64,000 bases of DNA, from NCBI GenBank assembly GCA_049511795.1, contig JBEKXS010000001.1, positions 58,514 to 122,513 of the forward strand, read 5' to 3'. The notes beneath the pieces are model-generated. The model had not been told where the DNA came from. It saw nothing but the letters and a program-made list of their open reading frames with translations, and searched no databases. Each line of letters begins with the position of its first letter. Positions within the stretch are counted from its first letter, which is position 1. Positions 27,868 to 38,198 of this stretch are shown one piece after another. The translations under genes and the position numbers were made by a program. Source of the stretch: Candidatus Pacearchaeota archaeon. GTDB lineage: Archaea; Nanobdellota; Nanobdellia; Pacearchaeales; GW2011-AR1.

Positions 27868-28602
27868 CTACAATTTCCCAACTCTTCCAAACTCATAAAC
27901 CTTGTCGTCGCCGATGACATAAACCTTGAACTTCAAGATATCTTTTCTGGGAATTATTGAGAAAGAGTCAAGATGAGATTCTTTGTACTCATTTACAGGG
28001 GTTCCTTCATAGAAGCCAACAAAACTTGGAACAACAATGAATGTTTTTCCTTTAATTTTTCCGACAAGGAAGCACTTGTAATCCTCTTTTTTAACCCCTG
28101 GCTTTTCTGCAAGCGTGACAGATGGATGCCTATGGCCTGAAACAACAATATTTATTTTTTTGTCGAAAACTTCTGGATAAGAAATATGACCGTGAAGAAA
28201 TGCCAAATCCCCCTCAATGTAATAATTTTTCAAGGGCAAACCAAGCTGCGAAGTGTCATGGTTTCCCTTTATTATTATAATGTCTTTTTCATTGACATAT
28301 TCATGAAGAAACTCAAGAATTTTGTTGAAGTTCTTTTTTTCAGCGTATTCCCAGCTGAACATATGTTTGACATCTCCGATAAAAATCACTTTCTTGATTT
28401 TCCATGAACTTTCCTCAATTTTTTTTATGATTTTCTTTAAGTCCTCTATAACCTCCTTGACCTGCTGTTCTGGAACAAGAATTCCTGATTCAATCAGAGC
28501 TTCCTCATATCCAATATGCAAATCTCCTATTACAAGAATGCCTTCTTTTGGGAAGAAAAGGCATTTGTCAATTAACTCGTAGCGTGATTGTAGTTGTGCC
28601 AT
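27868..28602 (-). CDS. Calcineurin-like metallophosphoesterase (MPE)
   Basis: GDLHIG, GDVKHMF and GNHD motifs. Directly downstream of the Lhr helicase. Confidence 0.6.
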   Translation of the reverse strand: MAQLQSRYELIDKCLFFPKEGILVIGDLHIGYEEALIESGILVPEQQVKEVIEDLKKIIKKIEESSWKIKKVIFIGDVKHMFSWEYAEKKNFNKILEFLHEYVNEKDIIIIKGNHDTSQLGLPLKNYYIEGDLAFLHGHISYPEVFDKKINIVVSGHRHPSVTLAEKPGVKKEDYKCFLVGKIKGKTFIVVPSFVGFYEGTPVNEYKESHLDSFSIIPRKDILKFKVYVIGDDKVYEFGRVGKL

Positions 28603-28858
28603 TTTATTATCTTATTTTTAAAATATAAATCCTTAAAAACTCATCGGAATTATTATCATTAATGGATATGTATTTGGACGGAGAATTTTACACTCCAGTT
28701 GCCTTTGATTCTTACAACGGGGTTTTATATTTCGCGCTTTTACCTATTGATTTAATGATGATAGAAGATTGTGTTAATGAAAAGGAAGGTGAGTTAGAGA
28801 GTTTGATAATTAGTAGTCAAGATATAGGAGATGCAGGAGAAAGAGTTTCTATAAAAGT

Positions 28859-31459
28859 TTAATCATTAATTTCTCCCTTCTTTATCACATTCTGCATGTG
28901 AAGCTGATGCATTCTTCGCAAAAATGCCTGTTTGTCTTCAATCCTTATTAAATCAGAATGGCCCTGAAGGATAAGATTAAGAGCAAACGGAGAAGGAATA
29001 GGAGTTTCAATCATCTTTATTTTTACTTTTCCTTGCTCTATCCAATGAAGAATTAGTTTTGCGCTTTCAACATCCATCAAATCCTCGAAAATCTCACGCC
29101 TTGCTTCTCGCAAAATGGGAAATTCATTGCTGATTTTCTTCACAGCTGCAAGAAGGAAATGGGATTTCATCTGCTGCTTTCCAACTGTTCTTCTTACTCC
29201 TTTGTAATTTCGCAGGATCATTAAAGCACGGGTTGCACAGTGACGAAAACGCCTTGCCAAAACATCTGTCCTGTCGATTGCTTCTTTAAGATATTTTTCA
29301 AGATTTTTTTCCTTTAATTCAGCTAAAGCACGAGTTATGATCATGTTTTCCCCTGAAAGGAAGAATCCATTATCAGAGATGCCAACTTGGATGTCCCTGC
29401 CTCCTAAAGCCCCTATCATGTATCCTATAGCCCTTGAGAGAGCATCATTTACTCTTCTGCCATAAAGAGTGTGGAATAAAAGATATTTTTTGTCATTATC
29501 TACAAATTTTTCAACAATTATTGTGCTTTCATCTGGAATTTCAAGGAAACTATACTGTTCTAGAAAATAATTGTAAATTGATTCTGCTGTTTCTTCAGGA
29601 ACATAAAGATATCCTCTGATAAATTCAAGAATTTGTTTTTTTGGCTGCTTTGATTTCAGCTTTTTGTTCATGAGCGTACGAAATTGGTTTATTTCAAGGG
29701 CAGAATCAAAGCTTAAAGGAAGCATCTCTGAAAACCAAGATGGAATTGTTGGACTCTTTCTTACTTCTGAAGCAACATAAAGATTCATTCCTCTTGTATA
29801 TCTGTTAAGATATTTTTTTCCTCCAAGGACAAAAACATCTCCTGCCCTCATCCTGGAAAGAAATGTTTCATCAATCATCCCAACAACTTCATCTGTTCCA
29901 GCTACTTTTACTTTGATAAAAGACTCTTCAGGAATTGTTCCAATGTTTGTTAAGTAAAGCACACGAGCCATCATTCCTCTTTTTCCTATTTCCTTTGTCT
30001 CCTTGTCATACCAGATTTTTGCATAAACATGATTTTTTTCAAGCGCATATTCTCCTGACAAATAACTTATGACATCCATAAAATCAGAACGTGTCAAGTC
30101 TGAGTAACAATAGCTTTTTCTTAGCAAATTGAAAAGCTCCTGCTCTTTCCAAACTTTATAGATTGCCATTCCAAATATTTGCTGGGAGAGAACATCAAGG
30201 CAGTTTCTTGGAAAACGGATTTTGTTTATTTTTCTTTCAACCATTTCTTTCTGAATAACGGCGCATTCAACAAGATCATCTCGGTCAAGAATAATGAATC
30301 TTCCTTTCGCCATGCTGTGAAGCTGATGACCTGCACGTCCGAGACGCTGCAATGCACGCGAACTGCTTTTTGGAGAACCTAACATTATAACCAAATCAAT
30401 AAAACCAATATCAATTCCCAGTTCAAGAGATGTTGAGCATACGACAACTTTCAGTTTTCCTTGTCTAAGGCGTTCTTCAATATCATATCTGTGCGCCTTG
30501 CTGAGCGAAGAGTGATGCGCAGCTATGTTTTCATCTCCATAAACTGTTGGATATCTTTCTTTCAGAAAATTAACAACACGCTCTGTTGCAGAACGCGTGT
30601 TTGTGAAAATCAATGTTGTTTTATGTTCCTGAACAAGCTTTGATACAAGATCATACATCTTAAGACTAAGTCCTTCATCTTCAACAACGTTTTTTACAGG
30701 AGAAAGGACCTGGATATCAATCTTTTTTTCAAGATTTATTTTTGCAATTGAAACTTCACGATCATCTGAAATACCGACGAGAAATCGTGCAACTTCTGGC
30801 ATTGGTTCTATTGTTGCGCTGAGACCAATTTTAACAGGCCAGCTTGTGCTTACTTCATTCAGCCTTTCAAGCGTAATGCTAAGATATGCTCCACGCTTGT
30901 TGTCAAGAGAATGAATTTCATCTACAATGCAGAACTCAACTTCGCGAAGATTTTCTATGAAATTCTTGCTGGTAAGAATTATTGCAAGAGATTCAGGAGT
31001 TGTTACAAGAATATGAGGCGGATTTTTCAGCATTTTTGACTTTTCTGCAGCTGTTGTATCTCCTGTTCTGAGTGCAATCCTGATTTTCTGGAATTTTATT
31101 CCCTTTTTTTCAGCGAGTGCTTCGATATCATGCAAAGGTTCAATAAGATTTTTGTGAATATCATTGCTCAATGCTTTCAATGGGCTTGTATAAACAGCGT
31201 AGATCTTGTTCTTCAGCTCGTTTTTTTCTGCAAGAATTATCAAATGATTAAGAATAGAAAGAAAAGCTGTAAGTGTTTTTGTTCCGCCCGTTTCTGCAGA
31301 AATAAGAATGTTTTTTCTTTTCCAAATGTTGAGAACGCCATATTTTTGTGTTAATGAAAACTCCCAGAATTTTGAAAAAAACCATTCAGTAACAAGGGGA
31401 TGAAGAATTTCCTTTATTTCAGCAACAGTGTTCTGCTTAGCTTCGATTATTTTTGTCAT
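28859..31459 (-). CDS. lhr: Lhr-family superfamily-2 ATP-dependent helicase
   Basis: Walker A AETGGTKT, DEIHSL (DExH), SATIEP, helicase C motifs (LGRAGH). Lhr-like N-terminal pattern and a long C-terminal domain. Confidence 0.7.
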   Translation of the reverse strand: MTKIIEAKQNTVAEIKEILHPLVTEWFFSKFWEFSLTQKYGVLNIWKRKNILISAETGGTKTLTAFLSILNHLIILAEKNELKNKIYAVYTSPLKALSNDIHKNLIEPLHDIEALAEKKGIKFQKIRIALRTGDTTAAEKSKMLKNPPHILVTTPESLAIILTSKNFIENLREVEFCIVDEIHSLDNKRGAYLSITLERLNEVSTSWPVKIGLSATIEPMPEVARFLVGISDDREVSIAKINLEKKIDIQVLSPVKNVVEDEGLSLKMYDLVSKLVQEHKTTLIFTNTRSATERVVNFLKERYPTVYGDENIAAHHSSLSKAHRYDIEERLRQGKLKVVVCSTSLELGIDIGFIDLVIMLGSPKSSSRALQRLGRAGHQLHSMAKGRFIILDRDDLVECAVIQKEMVERKINKIRFPRNCLDVLSQQIFGMAIYKVWKEQELFNLLRKSYCYSDLTRSDFMDVISYLSGEYALEKNHVYAKIWYDKETKEIGKRGMMARVLYLTNIGTIPEESFIKVKVAGTDEVVGMIDETFLSRMRAGDVFVLGGKKYLNRYTRGMNLYVASEVRKSPTIPSWFSEMLPLSFDSALEINQFRTLMNKKLKSKQPKKQILEFIRGYLYVPEETAESIYNYFLEQYSFLEIPDESTIIVEKFVDNDKKYLLFHTLYGRRVNDALSRAIGYMIGALGGRDIQVGISDNGFFLSGENMIITRALAELKEKNLEKYLKEAIDRTDVLARRFRHCATRALMILRNYKGVRRTVGKQQMKSHFLLAAVKKISNEFPILREARREIFEDLMDVESAKLILHWIEQGKVKIKMIETPIPSPFALNLILQGHSDLIRIEDKQAFLRRMHQLHMQNVIKKGEIND

Positions 31460-31541
31460 GTTTTATTTTTTCAAACAAGCTAGGAATGATATTAATAATA
31501 TGATATTAAATAACTTATGCACGACAGATTTTGGGATAAAA

Positions 31542-31784
31542 TTACCTTCTTTTTCTCTTGTAATATGCCTTTTCAGTCACGATAAGGTAAATTATTTCTG
31601 GAATTCCAAGAAGATTCACTATTAAAAATACAATAAACCACACAATATGATTCATTCTGGCAGATCTCCATAATGCAAGAGCTTTCCAGACAACTGTCCA
31701 TATTACAACAAGCACGAAAAGAAGCACAAGCATTCCAACAGACATCCCAATATTGGATGCAATCATGTCTAATGTTGTAGCCAT
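31542..31784 (-). CDS. Small membrane protein (2 TM)
   Basis: 80 aa with two hydrophobic helices and a C-terminal KRKRR. Confidence 0.3.
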   Translation of the reverse strand: MATTLDMIASNIGMSVGMLVLLFVLVVIWTVVWKALALWRSARMNHIVWFIVFLIVNLLGIPEIIYLIVTEKAYYKRKRR

Positions 31785-31945
31785 AGACAGAATAAGCTGC
31801 CCGAGTTTATAAACTTTGCAAAAAATATATTGAGAAAATGTCTTTACAATTGTATATTCATGTTATTATATATCAGTAAGTATAAATCTTTAAATACTTC
31901 CCGAAGTTCTGGTCTTCAATTATACAAGCTCTTGGGATAAAAGAG

Positions 31946-31971
31946 TGTTGCATATACAATAGGTTGTATAC
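31946..31971 (+). promoter_or_regulatory. Tandem palindromes TTGCATATACAA and TTGTATACAA abutting the nrdR start. Candidate operator.
   Basis: Two near-perfect palindromes about 15 bp apart, immediately upstream of and overlapping the ATG of nrdR. Confidence 0.25.
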
Positions 31972-32407
31972 AATGAACTGCCCATATTGCGGTGGAGATT
32001 CCAAGGTTACGGACAAGAGAGGCTCTCCTGAGGGAACGAGAAGGCGTCGTGAGTGCTTGAGATGTAAAAAGAGGTTTACCACTTACGAAAGATTGAGCCA
32101 CGGCGATTTTTTTATAATTAAGAAAGATGGGCGCAGGGAGAAATATTCAAGGGAAAAGCTTGAAACCGGAGTTGAAAGGGCGTTTGAAAAGCGGCCTGTT
32201 GCAAAGGAAAAGATAACAAAAATGATAAACGAGATTGAAGAGCAGCTTGGAAAACTTGGAAAAAAAGAGGTTAAGAGTGCGTTCATTGGCGAGTTAGTCA
32301 TGAAAAAAATAAAAAAGCTTGACAATGTTGCCTACATCAGATTTGCTTCTGTTTACCGTGATTTTCAGGACATAAAAGATTTCAAAAAGGAGCTGAAGGA
32401 ACTGTAA
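31971..32407 (+). CDS. nrdR: Transcriptional repressor NrdR (zinc ribbon plus ATP-cone). Start adjusted to the ATG giving MNCPYCGG.
   Basis: CPYC...CLRC zinc ribbon followed by an ATP-cone pattern. Ends 1 nt before the RNR gene. Confidence 0.7.
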
Positions 32408-32408
32408 A

Positions 32409-35400
32409 ATGGGAACTATTAACTATTCTCGCCAAGAAATAAGAGTATATGACAAAGAAAGGCATGTTTCTGTTGAAGAAGCAAATGAATTATTAGGAAA
32501 AAATGATTTGTCTCCAGAATTATTAAAAACAGCAATGGAAACTGGGTTGATAAGAATATATAAATTCAATGGTGGCAAATACCTTGACAGACTTGATATA
32601 GGTAGGGTTTATGAGAAACCTGTCACAGAAAAAAAAGGTCTTTCTATAGAAAGATTTTTTACAAGACAAGGAGAAAGTCCTTTAGAAACAGAAAAATATT
32701 CACAAAAACATTTAGAAATAAAGACCAAGGATGGAAAAGTTATTTTTGAAATTGATGCAGAGTTCCCTGAATCATGGGATGAAAATTCTGCAAGAATAGT
32801 TGCTCAGAAATATTTCTTCAGACCCGTAGAATCAGAATGGCAGGAAAGAATAAAAAATAAAACTGGCTTTCCTGGGGAAAACTCATTGAAGCACTTAATT
32901 TCCAGAGTTACAAATTTTTTTGCGGATGAAGGAGAAAAAAGAGGCTATTTTGCAACTCCTGAAGACAAAAGTGCATTTAGGGATGAGCTATTGTGGTTAC
33001 AGCTTCATAGAAGGGGCGCATTCAATTCTCCAGTACAGTTCAATGCAGGAATTTTTAATGAATACGGAATAAGGGGGAGCCATAGCATAAATTTTTACAG
33101 AAACCCAGAAACAGGAGAAGTTATTAAAATGGAAAATCAAGAGTTCATGCATCCTCAGGCTCATGCCTGTTTTATTACAGGACCAAGAGATGATTTGGAA
33201 AGCATTCTTCAACATACTGTTAATGAAGGAGCAATTTTTAGCGCAGGTTCTGGTGTTGGGCAAGATATTGGAGCATTAAGAGAAGAAGGGGCTCCTTTAT
33301 CTGGCGGTGGAAAATCTTCAGGACCATTGAGTTTCTTAAAAACAATGGATGATAATGCAGGAACAATAAAATCAGGAGGCAAAAGCAGAAGAGCTGCAAG
33401 AATGACAACAATGAGATATTACCATCCAGACATTATGAAATTCATCGAAGCGAAATTGAAAGAGGACAAAAAGGCTCTTACTTTAATAAGAAATGGCTAT
33501 GAAGGGGGAATGGATGGTGAAGCTTACAGAACAGTTACACTCCAAAATACAAATGTTTCTGTAAGACTTGATGATTATTTCTTCGAACAACTAGAAAAAG
33601 GAGGGGATGTTGAATTAAAAAGAATAAAAACAGGAGAAGTTGTTGAAAGGGTTTCTGCTGACAGGATGCTCAAGGAAATTGCTTTTGGAAGCTGGAGAAT
33701 AGGAGATCCGGGAGTTCAATATGAATCTAAAATTCAAGAGATGCATACTGTTCCTAATTCAGGAAGACAAAACTCAACAAATCCGTGCGGAGAATACATG
33801 TTTTTGAATGATACTTCTTGTAATTTGGCCTCGCTGAACCTTCTTTCTTTCAGTGATGACAAAGGAAATTTTGATTATAAATCAATGATAAGGGCTGCAA
33901 GAATCTTTGCAATTGCGCAAGACATAGCAAATGATGCAGCATCTTACCCTGTAGAGCAAATTGCAGAAATAAGTCCTGAATTTAGGACAATCGGACTTGG
34001 ATTTGCTAATCTTGGGAGTTTGTTAATGAGAAGAGGACTTGCTTATAACTCTGACGAAGGAAGAGCGCTTGCAGGGGGGATAATGTCCCTAATTACAGGG
34101 GTTGCTTATGAAACTTCAGCAGAAATGGCAGGAGGACTTGGAACATTTACGCATTTCAATTTTAACAGAACAGAGATGCTTGGCGTTATGGACACTCACA
34201 AAAGAAGTCTTGATGATATTTTATGGGATAAAATTCCTGAACAAGGATTTAAAGAAACAGCTTATCAGACTTGGAGGAATGTCATTCTGAATGGAATCAA
34301 AAACGGATTCAGAAATGCGCAGACAACAGTCATTGCTCCTACCGGAACTATTTCTTATTTAATGGGTGCGCAGGATTCAACAGGGATAGAACCTCCTATT
34401 TCTTTAATAATAAACAAAGATTTGGCAGGGGGAGGTTCAATAAGAATAGCAAATGCAGAAGTTCCAAATGCTCTTAAAAATCTTGGATATGATGAAAAAC
34501 AGATAAAAGATATTATAGCATATGTAGAAAAACAGGTTTCTCCTGAATTAAGCAGAGGAACAGTTATAGGAGCTCCACACTTGAGTCCAGATCATTATTC
34601 TATATTTGATACAGCTCTTGGAAATTATGAAGGAAAGGGGAGCATTTCTTTCGAGGGACATGTAAGAATGATGGGGGCTGTGCAGCCTTTTGTTTCTGGA
34701 GGAATTTCTAAGACAAACAATCTTCCTGAAAGAGCAACTGTAAAAGACCATTATGAAGGATTTATTCTTGGACATAAATTAGGATTGAAAGGTTTGACAA
34801 CATTCAGAACAAACAGTAAGCCTATAAGTGCTATGAATTTCGGGAGAAAAAATTCTGTAGAATTTAAAAGAGGAGAAAAAGAAGATTTGGTATATAAAAG
34901 AAATGCATTTGAGCAAGAAGTTGAAATTGGAGGTTCTCCATTTCATATAATAGTAAGTGAATACCCTGATGGTAGACCTGGTCAAATTTTGTTTGCGGCC
35001 TACAAAGAAGGAGGAGCTCTTAAATCATTATTCACAATAGAAGGAATTACAGCTTCAAAGGCATTAAAGAGAGGGGTATCTCTTGAAGATGTAGTAAAAG
35101 GTTGGCTGGGGCAAGGATTTGAACCCCATGGATTTGTAAAAATTTCTAATTCAGAGGGTAAAATTGAACCACACCCATATATTAAGGAGGCATCTTCTGC
35201 CCTTGATTTTGCATCCAAACTGCTTTTATTAGAATATATGGGAAGGACTGAATTTGCAGGAGAACCAGATAAAGTTAACAGAAAACAATTAAGAGGATTC
35301 CAAAATGGAGCATTTAGAACATTTTCAAGAATGAATCTGGATTCTTGGGATGTTAATGCTGTTCTTAATGATGCTGAACTTGGAGGATTTGTAGCTCCAA

Positions 35401-35555
35401 CAGAAGAAGAATTGATTAATGGAAATAATCATACAATACTAATCAATGAAAGAGGAGTTACATGTGATCATTGTGGAAATATCATGAGAAAAACTTCTTC
35501 AAATTGTTATGAGTGTCCTGTTTGTGCAGAAAAAAGAGGTGGTTGTGGACTTTAA
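32409..35555 (+). CDS. nrdJ: Class II (adenosylcobalamin-dependent) ribonucleotide reductase with C-terminal Cys-rich zinc finger
   Basis: Catalytic NPCGEYMFLNDTSCNLASLNL motif. Length 1048 aa. C-terminal CDHCG...CYECPVC. Confidence 0.75.
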   Translation: MGTINYSRQEIRVYDKERHVSVEEANELLGKNDLSPELLKTAMETGLIRIYKFNGGKYLDRLDIGRVYEKPVTEKKGLSIERFFTRQGESPLETEKYSQKHLEIKTKDGKVIFEIDAEFPESWDENSARIVAQKYFFRPVESEWQERIKNKTGFPGENSLKHLISRVTNFFADEGEKRGYFATPEDKSAFRDELLWLQLHRRGAFNSPVQFNAGIFNEYGIRGSHSINFYRNPETGEVIKMENQEFMHPQAHACFITGPRDDLESILQHTVNEGAIFSAGSGVGQDIGALREEGAPLSGGGKSSGPLSFLKTMDDNAGTIKSGGKSRRAARMTTMRYYHPDIMKFIEAKLKEDKKALTLIRNGYEGGMDGEAYRTVTLQNTNVSVRLDDYFFEQLEKGGDVELKRIKTGEVVERVSADRMLKEIAFGSWRIGDPGVQYESKIQEMHTVPNSGRQNSTNPCGEYMFLNDTSCNLASLNLLSFSDDKGNFDYKSMIRAARIFAIAQDIANDAASYPVEQIAEISPEFRTIGLGFANLGSLLMRRGLAYNSDEGRALAGGIMSLITGVAYETSAEMAGGLGTFTHFNFNRTEMLGVMDTHKRSLDDILWDKIPEQGFKETAYQTWRNVILNGIKNGFRNAQTTVIAPTGTISYLMGAQDSTGIEPPISLIINKDLAGGGSIRIANAEVPNALKNLGYDEKQIKDIIAYVEKQVSPELSRGTVIGAPHLSPDHYSIFDTALGNYEGKGSISFEGHVRMMGAVQPFVSGGISKTNNLPERATVKDHYEGFILGHKLGLKGLTTFRTNSKPISAMNFGRKNSVEFKRGEKEDLVYKRNAFEQEVEIGGSPFHIIVSEYPDGRPGQILFAAYKEGGALKSLFTIEGITASKALKRGVSLEDVVKGWLGQGFEPHGFVKISNSEGKIEPHPYIKEASSALDFASKLLLLEYMGRTEFAGEPDKVNRKQLRGFQNGAFRTFSRMNLDSWDVNAVLNDAELGGFVAPTEEELINGNNHTILINERGVTCDHCGNIMRKTSSNCYECPVCAEKRGGCGL

Positions 35556-35613
35556 TTTCAGAGTTTTACTTTATCACAATGATTTTTATAAACCTTAACA
35601 AGTATAGAAAATT

Positions 35614-36123
35614 ATGAGTTCCTCAATAGAAATACCTTCTTGGGATGATTATTTTATGACCTTAGTCTATATGGTGGCTTCCAGAAGCAAAGATTGGAGA
35701 ACACATATGGGCGCTGTTATTGTCGATCAAAATCATTTTATTGTGTCTACAGGGTATAATAGTTTCCCAAGGCATATTGATGATAAAAAAGCTGAAAGAC
35801 AGGAAAAGAATGAGAAAAAATATTGGATATTACATGCTGAAGAAAATGCAATACTCAATTCCGGGAGACTAACCTTAGAAGGATGCACATTGTATACTAA
35901 TGCTATTCCTTGCAGTGATAAATGTGCAATACAAATTGTCCAAAAAAGACCAAAAGAAGTTGTTGTTGATAAAAAATGGCCTACAAATACCGCCGAATGG
36001 ACTGAAAGGAACAAAAGAACATTGGAAATGTTTGCAGAAGCAGAAATAGGTTTTAGGCAGCTTGACACAAATTATATTCAAGTCGTCAGATTCAACGACG
36101 GTATTGTTTTACCCTTAAAATAA
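35614..36123 (+). CDS. dCMP deaminase (cytidine/deoxycytidylate deaminase family)
   Basis: HAEENAI and PCSDKCA zinc-binding motifs. Confidence 0.65.
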   Translation: MSSSIEIPSWDDYFMTLVYMVASRSKDWRTHMGAVIVDQNHFIVSTGYNSFPRHIDDKKAERQEKNEKKYWILHAEENAILNSGRLTLEGCTLYTNAIPCSDKCAIQIVQKRPKEVVVDKKWPTNTAEWTERNKRTLEMFAEAEIGFRQLDTNYIQVVRFNDGIVLPLK

Positions 36124-36177
36124 TCTTTTTATCACAATCATATTTATAAAACGAGGCGCCATAAAATTAAATAAAAA

Positions 36178-37266
36178 ATGGTGAAGCAGTATCTTGAGCA
36201 TTCTAGAGAAATATTAACTTCCCCTAAAAGTTTGTTCAAGGGCGGAAGCAAGGAGGTCCCTATTATTTCTTTATTCGGCTACCAGAATGAATATGACCTT
36301 CGCGATGGTTTTCCTCTTCTTACGACAAAAAAAATGGCAATAATTTCATTGATTCATGAGCTTCTATGGTTTATGAGCGGAGACACAAATATCAAATATC
36401 TTGTCGACAATAAAGTTCCAATATGGACAAGGGATGCATTTAATTTCAACTTGGAAGCAATGGCAAGAGAAGGAGTTTTTCCAGGACAACTGGCAAAATA
36501 TTCCCCCGATTGGCAAAAAGCATTGTCTGAATATGAACAAAGAGTAAGAGAAGATTCAGATTTTGCAAAGAGGTGGGGAAATTTAGGACCTGTATATGGT
36601 CAGCAATGGAGAAATTGGAAATCTGTTGGCGAAGATGGGAAAGTAGTTGTTGTAGATCAGCTTGGAAAACTTATTGAAAGTTTAGAAAAAAAGCCAACAA
36701 GCAAAAAAATAATTATGACTGCCTGGAATCCAGGGGAATTGTCAAGAATGGCTCTTGAACCTTGCCATATGTTTGTTCAGGTTGATTCTGACTCAAATGT
36801 AATGGACTTATTTATGCATCAGAGAAGCTGTGACCAATTTTTGGGAGTTCCATTTAATATTGCAAGCTATGCAATGTTTACTAAAGTTATTGCGCAACAA
36901 GCAGGATTTGAGACAAGAAGATTTATTCATAGTTTTGGAAGTGCGCATTTTTACTGTGGAACAGGCGAAAGAGGAAGATGGTATGGAGAACATCTTGATG
37001 AATTCAGGCAAAAAGTTGGACAGTGTATGTTTCCAGATGATTATAATGAAGCGCGTTTCTGGTTGGAAAGAAATCTCCCTCCTGAAGCAGAAGGGCAAGA
37101 AGGTTATGATCATGTTACTGCAATTATAGAACAACTTGCTAGACCAACAAGACCATTACCAAAAATGACAATTGCAGACAAGCCTTTTTATGAATTAAAA
37201 AGAGAAGATTTCAAATTAGAAAGTTATGACCCCTGGCCAAAAATAGAAAGAAAAATGGCTGTATAA
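36178..37266 (+). CDS. thyA: Thymidylate synthase ThyA (long form with insertions)
   Basis: LLWFMSGDTN, GPVYGQQWRNW, LEPCHMFVQ (catalytic Cys), MHQRSCDQFLGVPFNIASYA. Confidence 0.8.
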   Translation: MVKQYLEHSREILTSPKSLFKGGSKEVPIISLFGYQNEYDLRDGFPLLTTKKMAIISLIHELLWFMSGDTNIKYLVDNKVPIWTRDAFNFNLEAMAREGVFPGQLAKYSPDWQKALSEYEQRVREDSDFAKRWGNLGPVYGQQWRNWKSVGEDGKVVVVDQLGKLIESLEKKPTSKKIIMTAWNPGELSRMALEPCHMFVQVDSDSNVMDLFMHQRSCDQFLGVPFNIASYAMFTKVIAQQAGFETRRFIHSFGSAHFYCGTGERGRWYGEHLDEFRQKVGQCMFPDDYNEARFWLERNLPPEAEGQEGYDHVTAIIEQLARPTRPLPKMTIADKPFYELKREDFKLESYDPWPKIERKMAV

Positions 37267-37267
37267 A

Positions 37268-37762
37268 ATGAAAGACCCTGAATTGATAATAATCGTTGCT
37301 GCATCTTTGAATGATGTAATTGGAAAGGATGGCAATACTCCTTGGGATATTCCTGAAGACAGGCAACATTTCAAAAATCTTACTTTAAATCATCCTGTGA
37401 TAATGGGAAGAAAAACTTATGAGTCAATTCCTCCAAGATTCAGGCCTCTTCCGCAAAGAAAGAACATCGTGCTTTCATCTTCTCTTGAGGAAATTCCAGA
37501 AATTTATATTGCAAGAAGCATGAAAGAAGCAATAGAACTTGTAGATGGGCAGGATGCATATGTAATGGGCGGTGCACAAGTTTATAGAGAATTTTTTAAT
37601 ATTACATCAAGGATAGAATTAACAAGAGTGGAAAGGAAATACGAAGGGGACGCCTTTTTTCCAAGAATTGATCTTACAGTGTGGAAAAAAGTTGGAAAAG
37701 ATGAAGATGGAGTAAGCAGGACAGGCATACCTTATTCTTTTCAGAGATATGAAAGAGCATAG
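37268..37762 (+). CDS. folA: Dihydrofolate reductase
   Basis: IIVAASLNDVIGKDGNTPWDIPEDRQHFKNLTLNHPVIMGRKTYESIP is a canonical DHFR N-terminus. Overlaps the thyA stop. Confidence 0.75.
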   Translation: MKDPELIIIVAASLNDVIGKDGNTPWDIPEDRQHFKNLTLNHPVIMGRKTYESIPPRFRPLPQRKNIVLSSSLEEIPEIYIARSMKEAIELVDGQDAYVMGGAQVYREFFNITSRIELTRVERKYEGDAFFPRIDLTVWKKVGKDEDGVSRTGIPYSFQRYERA

Positions 37763-37808
37763 AAGATAGTAAGACAAATTTTATAAATCCAGATAATTCT
37801 TAGAGTTT

Positions 37809-38147
37809 ATGAAAACAGCAAAAGTCAAAACAAAGGGTGTTACAGAGCTGTCAGGAAATGAATTTCCTGATTTCACAAAAAAAGGCACTGTTCTTGTTGA
37901 TTTTTTTGCAGACTGGTGCATGCCATGCCTCATGATGGCTCCTGTAATGGAAGAACTTTCTGAAAAATTCACAGGAAAGATAAAATTCGCAAAAATAAAT
38001 GTTGATGAGAACCAGCAGATTTCACACAAATTCAAGGTCATGTCAATACCAAATTTCATTCTTTTCAAGGACGGCAAGCCAATTGACCAGTTTATAGGCT
38101 CAATGCCGATGGAAGATTTCGAGGAAAAGCTGAAAAGGCATCTGTAA
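37809..38147 (+). CDS. trx: Thioredoxin
   Basis: WCMPC active site in FFADWCMPCLMMAP. 112 aa. Confidence 0.7.
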   Translation: MKTAKVKTKGVTELSGNEFPDFTKKGTVLVDFFADWCMPCLMMAPVMEELSEKFTGKIKFAKINVDENQQISHKFKVMSIPNFILFKDGKPIDQFIGSMPMEDFEEKLKRHL

Positions 38148-38160
38148 TTATTCTTAGTAG

Positions 38161-38175
38161 AAAGCTTTTTTAAAC
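38161..38175 (+). promoter_or_regulatory. AAAGCTTTTTTAAAC BRE/TATA-like box upstream of tRNA-Lys
   Basis: Same palindromic motif as upstream of tRNA-Trp (20847..20860) and of 22728 (22687..22700). About 25-35 nt before the mature 5' end. Confidence 0.35.
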
Positions 38176-38198
38176 ATCATTTTATTTATTGAGCTAAC

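Noticed and set aside
28662-28862. 66-aa plus-strand ORF between the MPE and Lhr genes
   Set aside because: Opposite strand to both flanking co-functional genes. Most likely the Lhr-MPE intergenic spacer.
31946-31971. Canonical NrdR boxes
   Set aside because: The palindromes (TTGCATATACAA / TTGTATACAA) do not match the bacterial NrdR-box consensus (acaCwAtATaTwGtgt) and are only 15 bp apart. Kept only as a generic operator candidate.
32409-35555. Possible intein in the unusually long (1048 aa) class II RNR
   Set aside because: No Hint-domain signatures (no Cys/Ser after a splice junction followed by a block A pattern, and no terminal His-Asn) were recognisable by eye. The extra length is more likely N-terminal domains plus the C-terminal zinc finger.
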